21,757 bases of DNA from Promethearchaeota archaeon (GTDB lineage: Archaea > Asgardarchaeota > Lokiarchaeia > Sigyniarchaeales > SOKP01): NCBI GenBank assembly GCA_016930515.1, contig JAFGGO010000164.1:1-21757 (forward strand), in the 5' to 3' direction. Made by a program: the position numbers and the translations under genes. The notes under the pieces were generated by a model that worked only from the letters and a program-made list of their open reading frames with translations, was not told where the DNA came from and made no database searches. How positions within the stretch are numbered: the stretch's first letter is position 1; the number at the start of each line of letters is the position of its first letter. Below, piece after piece: positions 1 to 7,478 of this stretch.

Positions 1-1998
1 CAGGCGTACAAGCTCGGATTCCTTTCCGAGATTGTCAAGAGCTTTGCAACTATTGGACTATCGTTAGACGACCTGGAGGAGCTGGCCATCGAACACGGCG
101 TCAGCGTGAAGATGCTAGGCGAATCGATTAGAAACGCGGTAAATAAATTAACAATAGCAAAAGAATGCTTATCTATATTAAACTTAATTCCAAGAGGTGT
201 CTCTCAATCGCAAACTCCAGGTATAGTTTTTTCTGAAGAAATTTTACATTATATAAATTCTCCAGATATTAATATCGAAGAATTAAATATTTTTATGATT
301 AATATTAAAGAATTTCTAGAAAGTAATCGAGATTTTGAAGTAACTGTTGATTTTCTTGACAATTGGAAACATATTAATTCTAAAGAAGAGAAAATCGAAA
401 TTTTAGCAAAAGCTTTAAATATTATTGATATAGAAACAGAAATTATTAATTTCAATCACATACAATTGAATGATTTAGTAATTAATCCGCTAATTGATAA
501 ATTAGGTATATTTGTTTTTAAGATGTTTATTGCTGATTCAGTTTCTATTGATTCCGAGGGAAATTGGGGATTTGTGGCTTTATATAGCTTGACTATAAAT
601 GATTTGTTCAATTTCCTAAAATCAAACTTTATAATGTTGTTTGGAAAAGAAATATTCTTTTCAAATCAATTCAAAGATATAGCTAATGCTTTAGAATGTT
701 ATTTAAACACTTTCAAAAACAATATATTGCTAAGAGAGAAGGAATTAGATACAACATTATCTCGCTTGCTTACTATCGTTTATAAAGAGTTGGATCGTTG
801 GGCATATCAAGAAAATATACATGAAGGTACATTTGATGTGAAATATGCTTATATAGCACTAAAAACCAAGGAAATTTCACAATTAAAAAATACAGATTGT
901 TTTATAGTTGAGTTGTTAAGAGAGTTAATGCAAAATTATAGAAAAATTCAATCAAAGAACTTACAGGCATTGGTTTCACCAGAGTTTAAATTTTTAGGAA
1001 ACAATTATAGGTTTGAATTTAGCGCGGAATCCATCGAAGAACTTTCTCATATCAATATACCATATATAGAAACAACTAGGTTGTTTACTCGTATAGCAGT
1101 AGGGGATTTGCAAATCAACTCAAGAAATTTACTTTTAAAAGAGAATTATAATATTTTCGCCAAAAATTGCTACGAAGAGTTGTTAAAAATAAATAGCGAA
1201 TATAATGATAAAGAAGGAGTTGTTCAGTCATCTAAATTATATTTTATTTTTTCAAGACATCCAATTAGAAAACAAGAAATTTACGATCCCTTGTTTAATC
1301 AAGAATATTATTATCTTGATTTTAGCAAACAAATGGAAGATGCAAGTAATTATGTTAATCTTAAGCTAATTTTTATCGCATTATACAATGGATATAGTAT
1401 TCGTTTCAGCAAGACTACTGATGAATTTGTTCCAAATAAACCTAATTATATTGGTCGTTTAAATTTCGTTGATTGTTCCTCTGATTTCTTTGGTTCAACA
1501 AATATCGAACGAAAAATCTATAATAATATCATATTAAAATATAGAGACAAATGTAGTGCATCTTTAGCATTGTTCGTAAAGCAACACGGGGCTATTTTTC
1601 CGTCATATCAGCATATATTACATTCTAGTCCTATCAGTTATTTACATTTATTATTTAGTTATGATAGATTAGATTATAAGCTTCATTTATTGAGGTATAT
1701 AAATTTAAAAGCTTTAAACGATAGGATGCTTGAAAGCGGTAATAACGATTGGATGAAGTTTTTAACTGCATTAAATTTAAATTCACAAGACCTTTCTATG
1801 ATTAATATCATGCAAATTGATAAAACTCTATTGAAGTTGTTTATCGATGCAATCTTGAAAATATATAATTTGGATCAACAAGGAAATAAGATTGGAAACC
1901 CTATCAATATTGATATAGAATCTTATTACCATCCAAGTAGTTACTATTTTGAAATCAATCCCATTTTTAGCGAGGATTTATTAATAGTTAATTATTAA
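1..1998 (+). CDS. Large hypothetical protein, 5'-truncated by the window edge
   Basis: Frame +1 is open from base 1 (QAYKLGFLSEIVKSFATIGLSLDDLEELAIEHGVSVKMLG...) to TAA at 1996-1998, so the GTG at 106 is probably internal. No recognisable motif. GC is about 52% over 1-140 and about 20% over 241-360 (hand count). Confidence 0.75.
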   Translation, partial: QAYKLGFLSEIVKSFATIGLSLDDLEELAIEHGVSVKMLGESIRNAVNKLTIAKECLSILNLIPRGVSQSQTPGIVFSEEILHYINSPDINIEELNIFMINIKEFLESNRDFEVTVDFLDNWKHINSKEEKIEILAKALNIIDIETEIINFNHIQLNDLVINPLIDKLGIFVFKMFIADSVSIDSEGNWGFVALYSLTINDLFNFLKSNFIMLFGKEIFFSNQFKDIANALECYLNTFKNNILLREKELDTTLSRLLTIVYKELDRWAYQENIHEGTFDVKYAYIALKTKEISQLKNTDCFIVELLRELMQNYRKIQSKNLQALVSPEFKFLGNNYRFEFSAESIEELSHINIPYIETTRLFTRIAVGDLQINSRNLLLKENYNIFAKNCYEELLKINSEYNDKEGVVQSSKLYFIFSRHPIRKQEIYDPLFNQEYYYLDFSKQMEDASNYVNLKLIFIALYNGYSIRFSKTTDEFVPNKPNYIGRLNFVDCSSDFFGSTNIERKIYNNIILKYRDKCSASLALFVKQHGAIFPSYQHILHSSPISYLHLLFSYDRLDYKLHLLRYINLKALNDRMLESGNNDWMKFLTALNLNSQDLSMINIMQIDKTLLKLFIDAILKIYNLDQQGNKIGNPINIDIESYYHPSSYYFEINPIFSEDLLIVNY

Positions 1999-2063
1999 GT
2001 GGTAAAATCTGAAGAAAATGGTGAGTATTTATCAAAAAAAATAATCCTCGAAACGAGAAAAAT

Positions 2064-3479
2064 TTGTGTTCAGTGGATTTAAATGAAATATGTACAAACG
2101 ATAGAGAACAATTAGAAATCCTATTAAGAAAAGATGTGAAAGTTCAGGAATGCTCGATAGATAATAAAGGCAATATTGTAGAACTTTTCATAATAAATGC
2201 TAATTTAAAAGAATTTTATTTTCCTGAACTTGAGAAATTATTTCTTTTTAGCGATAATACAATTGATTTATCGTTCATTGAAAAACATATTAATTTAACT
2301 CATTTAACACTTAGAAATAATTTAAGAGATTTTCCCGAAATCAGTTCAAGAAAACTAACATATCTCAATTTAGATAATAATTTACTTGAAGAAATAAATT
2401 CGACATATTTCTTTCCTAAATTGAAGACTTTGATTATCTCAAGAAATAATATTAAATCTCTTGATTCATTGTTTAACTTGTATTTATGTAAAAATCTTAG
2501 GCATTTGATTCTTTCTCATAATTATATTCAAGACCTATTAGATCTTAGACCTTTTAAGGGTTTTACAAAATTAGAGACATTAGACTTATCGTATAATAAA
2601 ATAAAGACAATTAATATTTCTTCTCAAATTCAAAATTTGAAGAGTATTGATTTGAGCAATAACTTGATACAAGAGATACATCGTATCAATAATTTGCCAA
2701 AATTAAGGAAATTATATTTAAACAACAACAATATTAAAGAACTAAAAAATTTTGGAATATTAAAAAGCTTGGAGTTTATCGATACTTTTAATAATCCTAT
2801 TAAAAACATTTCAGATCTCGAAGAACTTCGAAACATTAAAGATATTGGACCGATATTTTTAGGAAATTTTAACAAGAAAGATGTTGAAATTTTATTTAGA
2901 TATATTCATGATATCGGTTTAATAACAGATTTAGGTGATGATTGGGGCGATTACACCCTTGATTATGATCAATCAATAAGAATAATTGGACCTTTCCCGA
3001 AGAAAATCTTTAAAATCAACGATAAAATTACTCTTAAGTTAATAGATGGAAAGACAAAACTTTTTATCGATAATAAGGAGTTTATTCATTGCAAATTCAT
3101 TTTAATTACAGTTCCCAAGGAGGACATGATGAGATTCGACTCCATTGATTCAATCGCGGAAAATTTTGGTTCTGATCAATTACAGAAAGGTTATATTACA
3201 CCAGAAGAAGAATTTTGGGGGCACTGTTCTAATTTACAACTTTGGGCTGAGAACGATTACGATACTCGCTACCTTCACATAAATCTTGCGTTTCCCTTGC
3301 TTGAAAGATTATCAGAGTTAAGAGATAAAACTGCAATTGTCAAATTTAAAGAGGAAATCGTAAGTAGATATAATTCTGGAGACATCAAGGTCCGCAAGTA
3401 TATAGAAAATGGAAAATACTTGGAATATTTGTCAGTAGAAGAAAAATCACGGTTGGATTCATATGGCAATCGATCTTGA
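2064..3479 (+). CDS. Leucine-rich repeat protein with a C-terminal non-LRR domain
   Basis: Repeated LxxLxLxxNxI units (LKTLIISRNNI, LRHLILSHNYI, LETLDLSYNKI, LKSIDLSNNLI, LRKLYLNNNNI). C-terminal domain FKINDKITLKL...ITPEEEFWGHCSNLQLWAENDYDTRYLH. The TTG start is uncertain. Confidence 0.85.
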   Translation: MCSVDLNEICTNDREQLEILLRKDVKVQECSIDNKGNIVELFIINANLKEFYFPELEKLFLFSDNTIDLSFIEKHINLTHLTLRNNLRDFPEISSRKLTYLNLDNNLLEEINSTYFFPKLKTLIISRNNIKSLDSLFNLYLCKNLRHLILSHNYIQDLLDLRPFKGFTKLETLDLSYNKIKTINISSQIQNLKSIDLSNNLIQEIHRINNLPKLRKLYLNNNNIKELKNFGILKSLEFIDTFNNPIKNISDLEELRNIKDIGPIFLGNFNKKDVEILFRYIHDIGLITDLGDDWGDYTLDYDQSIRIIGPFPKKIFKINDKITLKLIDGKTKLFIDNKEFIHCKFILITVPKEDMMRFDSIDSIAENFGSDQLQKGYITPEEEFWGHCSNLQLWAENDYDTRYLHINLAFPLLERLSELRDKTAIVKFKEEIVSRYNSGDIKVRKYIENGKYLEYLSVEEKSRLDSYGNRS

Positions 3480-3583
3480 GCTCCCGTAGGAGACCACCTC
3501 TCCGATATTTAAAACCAAATGTAAGAACATGCTCAATATTCATAACTCGAAATGTTTAAGACAAGAAGGGCACGGGGGGGGAA

Positions 3584-3613
3584 TTGTTCCTAAAGAAAGA
3601 AACCTTCTTTAGC
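3584..3613 (-). other. tRNA intron 2 (30 nt, T-loop position 58/59, strict BHB)
   Basis: GCTAAAGAAGGTTTCTTTCTTTAGGAACAA. Central helix GTTC/GAAC, 3-nt bulges AA^G and AA^T, 10-bp intron stem CTAAAGAAGG/CTTTCTTTAG, outer helix formed by the T stem. Confidence 0.9.
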
Positions 3614-3638
3614 TTGAACCCCCCTCTAGGGATTCACA

Positions 3639-3668
3639 TTCGGGAGTTTAGCGGAAAACGCTAAAGTC
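3639..3668 (-). other. tRNA intron 1 (30 nt, position 32/33, relaxed BHB)
   Basis: GACTTTAGCGTTTTCCGCTAAACTCCCGAA, with an internal 7-bp stem TTTAGCG/CGCTAAA. The central helix GGGG/CCCG pairs 3 of 4; bulges AC^G and AA^T. The boundary could shift 1-3 nt if position 32 is A. Confidence 0.8.
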
Positions 3669-3761
3669 GTCCCCAATACTAACCACTATACGACCCGCGC
3701 CATGAGATTTAAATTTTTTTGAACAAATTAAATTACTTAGATTATGTAAATGTTCAATCCT

Positions 3762-3768
3762 AAAAAAA
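3762..3768 (-). terminator. Putative oligo-T terminator of phnN
   Basis: A7 on the plus strand (T7 on minus), about 55 nt downstream of the phnN stop. Confidence 0.35.
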
Positions 3769-3820
3769 TTTTTTGTAGAGGTAAACAAGGAACGGTTGAT
3801 CTTCCACTGAAACATGTATT

Positions 3821-4399
3821 TTAGTTACAAATGTCAAAAAGTAAATTCAAGAATCGATCGATCGCATCATTTAGACTCCCAGAATTATCTATTGTAAAAT
3901 CAGCTCCATTAAAATCTTGGTTCTTCTTAGCACGTTCGATTCTCTCCTCCAGCGATTTCCCCGATTCTCTGCCTCGTTTTTCAAGTCGTTCAATTGTTTT
4001 ATCTAATGGAACTTTAATAAAAACAACCATAACTTGCTCGTATTGTGCCCTTGCAATTTCGATCACATTCCTACTCACATTAACAATCACGATAGAGCCC
4101 TTTGAGAGCCAATCGTCTATCTCAATGGGTACTCCATATTGAAGACCGTAAATTTCCCAATATATAGCAAATTTTCCTTCGCTTGCCATTGATTTGAATA
4201 TCTCTGGGGTAACCTGTATATTATTCTCGTTCAAAGACATGGGTCGGGTGATACACCTTTTAGGTGATCGAATTTCTGTTCCTTTTAGTAGCACAGAACG
4301 CCTTTTTATCGCACCAGAGATAATAGAATCTTTTCCGGAGCCAGAATTACCTACTACTAAGACTAATGTACCGGGAAATTTCTTTTTGTTCTCGATCAT
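3821..4399 (-). CDS. phnN: Ribose 1,5-bisphosphate phosphokinase PhnN (guanylate-kinase-like)
   Basis: P-loop VVGNSGSGKDS, RCITRP, FAIYWEIYGLQYG, IVNVSR, RLEKRGRE and IDNSGSL match PhnN motifs. ATG at 4399 preferred over the track's TTG at 4405. Confidence 0.85.
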   Translation of the reverse strand: MIENKKKFPGTLVLVVGNSGSGKDSIISGAIKRRSVLLKGTEIRSPKRCITRPMSLNENNIQVTPEIFKSMASEGKFAIYWEIYGLQYGVPIEIDDWLSKGSIVIVNVSRNVIEIARAQYEQVMVVFIKVPLDKTIERLEKRGRESGKSLEERIERAKKNQDFNGADFTIDNSGSLNDAIDRFLNLLFDICN

Positions 4400-4657
4400 T
4401 GACAAACTTATAAGTTTAATTTATCTTAATATTTTAAGCTGTCTTCTAAAAAAAAGGATGGGAATTTCTCAGTTACAATTGAGTATCTTAAATGACTTAG
4501 ATTCTGATAGGACAAGAAGTACTTCTTCTTTTCTTAAGAATTTGATTAAAAAAACGAGAAATGGATCCCATGAGTTTGAGCAGAAAAATTAAAAAAATAT
4601 ATCAATCTAATTATTATTATCAAATTCTGGAAATCACGATAAGAGAATGATGTAAAA

Positions 4658-5077
4658 ATGGCCAAAGAGACGGACATTCAAGATGTGATGGATGTTCCAG
4701 AAAGCTATCAACGTTATTTAGATGAGATTTATAATATAACCTATAAAAAAAAGAAGGGAGGCTGGGTTTCAAACAAGGAGATCGCAGAAGCGCTCCATGT
4801 AAACCCCGCTAGCGTTTCAGGAATGCTTGACAAGCTTAAAAAGCAAGGATTAATAAGCTGGGAGCAAAGAAAGGCAATTCGCTTAACAAAGCAGGGAAAA
4901 GAAATCGCAGAGCATTTATCAAGCGTTCATGCTCTTTTAAATGACTTTTTTGAAAAAGTATTAAAACTTGAAGATCTCGAGCTTATTGACGGTCTATCTT
5001 GCCAAATAGAACATCACATTACGAGAGAAGTAAAGATTTCTCTAGAAAATTTTCTCGAAAGATACTTGTCAAAATAA
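4658..5077 (+). CDS. DtxR/MntR-family metal-dependent transcriptional repressor
   Basis: SYQRYLDEIY, winged HTH IAEALHVNPASVSGMLDKLKKQGLI, IRLTKQG, and dimerisation/metal region H-x3-DFF...SCQIEH. No FeoA-like C-terminal domain. Confidence 0.9.
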   Translation: MAKETDIQDVMDVPESYQRYLDEIYNITYKKKKGGWVSNKEIAEALHVNPASVSGMLDKLKKQGLISWEQRKAIRLTKQGKEIAEHLSSVHALLNDFFEKVLKLEDLELIDGLSCQIEHHITREVKISLENFLERYLSK

Positions 5078-5181
5078 TACTTCGTTATCAATACAATTTT
5101 ATCAAGAAATTATAATTTAAAATTAAATAATTTAATATTTTGTCTTACTATATAATAAGATAGAATTTACTATATAATAGC

Positions 5182-5943
5182 GTGAACTACATGTCAAGCG
5201 AATTTGAACAAAAAATTGGTATTATTACAAAAAGATTTGAGAAATTTTCAAATTTCATCGAATTAGAAAATTTAAGATCCTATTTACTATTTACGGCAAA
5301 TAGCCAAGTATCATCCAATGTTCTGGCTCAAATGGGTTTTGGTAACCACAAAGATGTTGTCATTCTTCCTTACAATCCCGTATCGAAGGTACACTATCAA
5401 AAAGTAAATCTCATAACTTCTGGCTCACTTATTATTTATGTTAAAAGCAAGCCCCTTTCTGAGAAGTTTTTGATAGAAAAAAACGAATCATTTTTTAAAG
5501 AATACTTAAACACAAACGAGTTGAATCTTGCTTTTAGAGGAAGTGAAAAGGTCATCGTACCAGAAATGAGCGATTGTAATTCTCATGACGAAGATTCAAA
5601 AATTCACATAAAAATTGAAGATCTTTTTCACTCAATTGAAAGTTTTTTTGCTGTTGTAGAACCTAATATCGTCTTTCTTTTACAAGGACAATCAAACGAA
5701 CCGGATATACTATTTTCTTTTAACATGATGCCTGAAATGTCAGGAATAAAATCAAAAAATCTCCTTAAAATTGATGTATGCCTTGATTACGAGCATAAAA
5801 CAAAAGGTAAAAATTATATAAAAAGGGAAGAGGATTATAGCATCGAATTCATGGACGATATCAAGGAGGTGGGCCATGCGGAACTTTATAAATCTGCGTT
5901 TTCCTTGATACTGAAGGTAAAGTCTTTTAATAATCCCAATTAA
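5182..5943 (+). CDS. Hypothetical protein
   Basis: 253-aa ORF flanked by AT-rich intergenic DNA and followed by a T8 tract. Alternative start ATG at 5191. No motif recognised. Confidence 0.75.
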   Translation: MNYMSSEFEQKIGIITKRFEKFSNFIELENLRSYLLFTANSQVSSNVLAQMGFGNHKDVVILPYNPVSKVHYQKVNLITSGSLIIYVKSKPLSEKFLIEKNESFFKEYLNTNELNLAFRGSEKVIVPEMSDCNSHDEDSKIHIKIEDLFHSIESFFAVVEPNIVFLLQGQSNEPDILFSFNMMPEMSGIKSKNLLKIDVCLDYEHKTKGKNYIKREEDYSIEFMDDIKEVGHAELYKSAFSLILKVKSFNNPN

Positions 5944-5955
5944 ACACCACACATC

Positions 5956-5963
5956 TTTTTTTT
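5956..5963 (+). terminator. Putative oligo-T terminator
   Basis: T8 starting 13 nt after the stop at 5943. Confidence 0.45.
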
Positions 5964-6003
5964 CATTCTATAATAGTACCGTACATTAATCCCTTAATAC
6001 ATT

Positions 6004-6029
6004 AAACTATTAATAGTTTCAATTTATAA
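6004..6029 (+). promoter_or_regulatory. 16-bp palindrome next to a TATA-like box upstream of the RHH gene
   Basis: AAACTATTAATAGTTT (6004-6019) is a perfect inverted repeat; TTTATAA at 6023-6029. Confidence 0.4.
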
Positions 6030-6077
6030 GTCATCCGACAAAATATGAATATTATAAGAGTATTAGCGTGACAACTC

Positions 6078-6275
6078 ATGAAAATCATTACGATTAACTT
6101 GCCAGAAAAATACTTGAATGCCATTCAAATTTTGAACGATTTAGGGATCTATCCTTCGAGAAGCGAGGCAATTCGAATTGCTCTCGACAAATTTTTAACA
6201 AAAGAGTTAAAAATGGATAAAGATCTCGATGAGGAAAACTTCAGGGCATTGATGAACCGAAATAAACTGAATTAA
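6078..6275 (+). CDS. Ribbon-helix-helix (CopG/Arc/MetJ) transcriptional regulator
   Basis: Alternating beta strand KIITINLP followed by helices and the G-x-YPSRSEAIRIAL signature. Confidence 0.88.
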   Translation: MKIITINLPEKYLNAIQILNDLGIYPSRSEAIRIALDKFLTKELKMDKDLDEENFRALMNRNKLN

Positions 6276-6419
6276 TCCTTTTCATTTGAATTGTTTTCCT
6301 TAACTTTTATTTTTATCTTATTTATATTTTCTATTTAAAAAACGCTCGTTAAAGAAAAAAATAATAAATAATAGAACAAATAAAATACTAATTAAGAATT
6401 TATAAGAGGTTCTATTAAA

Positions 6420-7478
6420 TTGAAATTAGTTAAGTATTACAACAACAAGGATGTGAGACTTGACGAAGATTTAAAACCACAGATATATTCCAAGGAGATG
6501 CTAGTGAAAGTTAAAAAATCTGGAATATGTGGATCCGATGTCCTTGAACATTATAGATTGGCTAAAATGAAAAAGCTTGGTGTGCCGTATTTGGTTTTAG
6601 GACATGAAATTGCGGGGGATATTGTTGAAGTTGGAAAAGATATCACTGGATTTAAAGTCGGAGACAAGGTTTTCGTATCGCATCATGTGCCTTGTTTTGA
6701 GTGTCACTATTGCCGACAAGGGCATCAAACGGCGTGCGACCTTCTGCATAACACGAATTTCGATCCAGGCGGATTTGCAGAATATGTGAGGGTTCCCGCC
6801 ATTAATATCGAAAAGAGAGGCGTTTTTGTCCTCGGTAATAACATAACATACGATGAAGGGGTTTTTATAGAGCCTTTAGGATGCGTGGTCCGAGCACAGA
6901 AACTGGTAAACGTAAGCAAGGGGCAGACGGTGTTGATTTTAGGAAGCGGTGTTTCTGGTTTATTACATCTCCAATTAGCTAAAGTCAGGGGGGCAGCTAA
7001 AGTAATTACTACGGATGTAAGCGAATATCGATTAGAAATGGCTAAAAAATTGGGTGCAGATACCACCTTATACGCTAATACCGATTTACCATCCATCATT
7101 AAAGATGTGAACGAAAATCGACTTCCAGATGTGATTATTGTGTGTACGGGAGCATTTAGTGCCGCCAAGCAAGCATTAGAATGTGCAGGACCTGGTTCCA
7201 AGATCGTCTTTTTCGCCGTACCAGGACCCGGAACGACCATTGAATTACCAATAAACGACTATTGGAGAAACGAGGTCACGGTCATGACGTCCTATGGTGC
7301 TGCTCCTGACGATCTCGACATGGCCTATAATTGGTTGTTAGCGAAGAGAATTAATGTCTTAGACCTCATTACTCATCGCCTTCCTTTCAGTAAGGCCCAA
7401 GAGGCTTTCGACTTGGTATGCAAGGCAGGAAATTCCCTTAAAGTGGTTTTAGAACCAGATCAACCTAGCGAGGAATAG
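6420..7478 (+). CDS. Zinc-dependent medium-chain dehydrogenase (sorbitol/L-iditol dehydrogenase-like)
   Basis: GICGSD, GHEIAG, structural Zn site CFECHYC-x7-C, Rossmann motif ILGSGVSG, terminal LKVVL. TTG start with GAGG upstream. Confidence 0.92.
   Translation: MKLVKYYNNKDVRLDEDLKPQIYSKEMLVKVKKSGICGSDVLEHYRLAKMKKLGVPYLVLGHEIAGDIVEVGKDITGFKVGDKVFVSHHVPCFECHYCRQGHQTACDLLHNTNFDPGGFAEYVRVPAINIEKRGVFVLGNNITYDEGVFIEPLGCVVRAQKLVNVSKGQTVLILGSGVSGLLHLQLAKVRGAAKVITTDVSEYRLEMAKKLGADTTLYANTDLPSIIKDVNENRLPDVIIVCTGAFSAAKQALECAGPGSKIVFFAVPGPGTTIELPINDYWRNEVTVMTSYGAAPDDLDMAYNWLLAKRINVLDLITHRLPFSKAQEAFDLVCKAGNSLKVVLEPDQPSEE

Larger units (their letters stand above)
3569..3701 (-). tRNA. tRNA-His(GUG) with encoded G-1 and two introns (positions 32/33 and 58/59)
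   Basis: After removing 3668-3639 and 3613-3584, the minus strand folds as a cloverleaf. G-1:C73; acceptor GCGCGGG/CCCGTGC; D stem GTAT/GTAT with loop AGTGGTTA; anticodon stem GGGGA/TCCCT with loop CT-GTG-AA (anticodon 3637-3635); T stem GGGGG/CCCCC with loop TTCAATT. CCA is not encoded. Confidence 0.93.

Noticed and set aside
1-3568. Integrated element at the tRNA-His 3' end
   Set aside because: Low GC and tRNA adjacency are suggestive, but I saw no integrase and no duplicated tRNA 3' end (att site) within the window.
3560-3705. GC-rich structured segment considered as 5S rRNA, SRP RNA or a riboswitch
   Set aside because: Fully explained by a minus-strand tRNA-His cloverleaf plus two BHB introns.
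4194-4592. 132-aa ORF on the track
   Set aside because: Its first half is antisense to phnN; only the part from ATG 4458 is kept as a weak small-ORF candidate.
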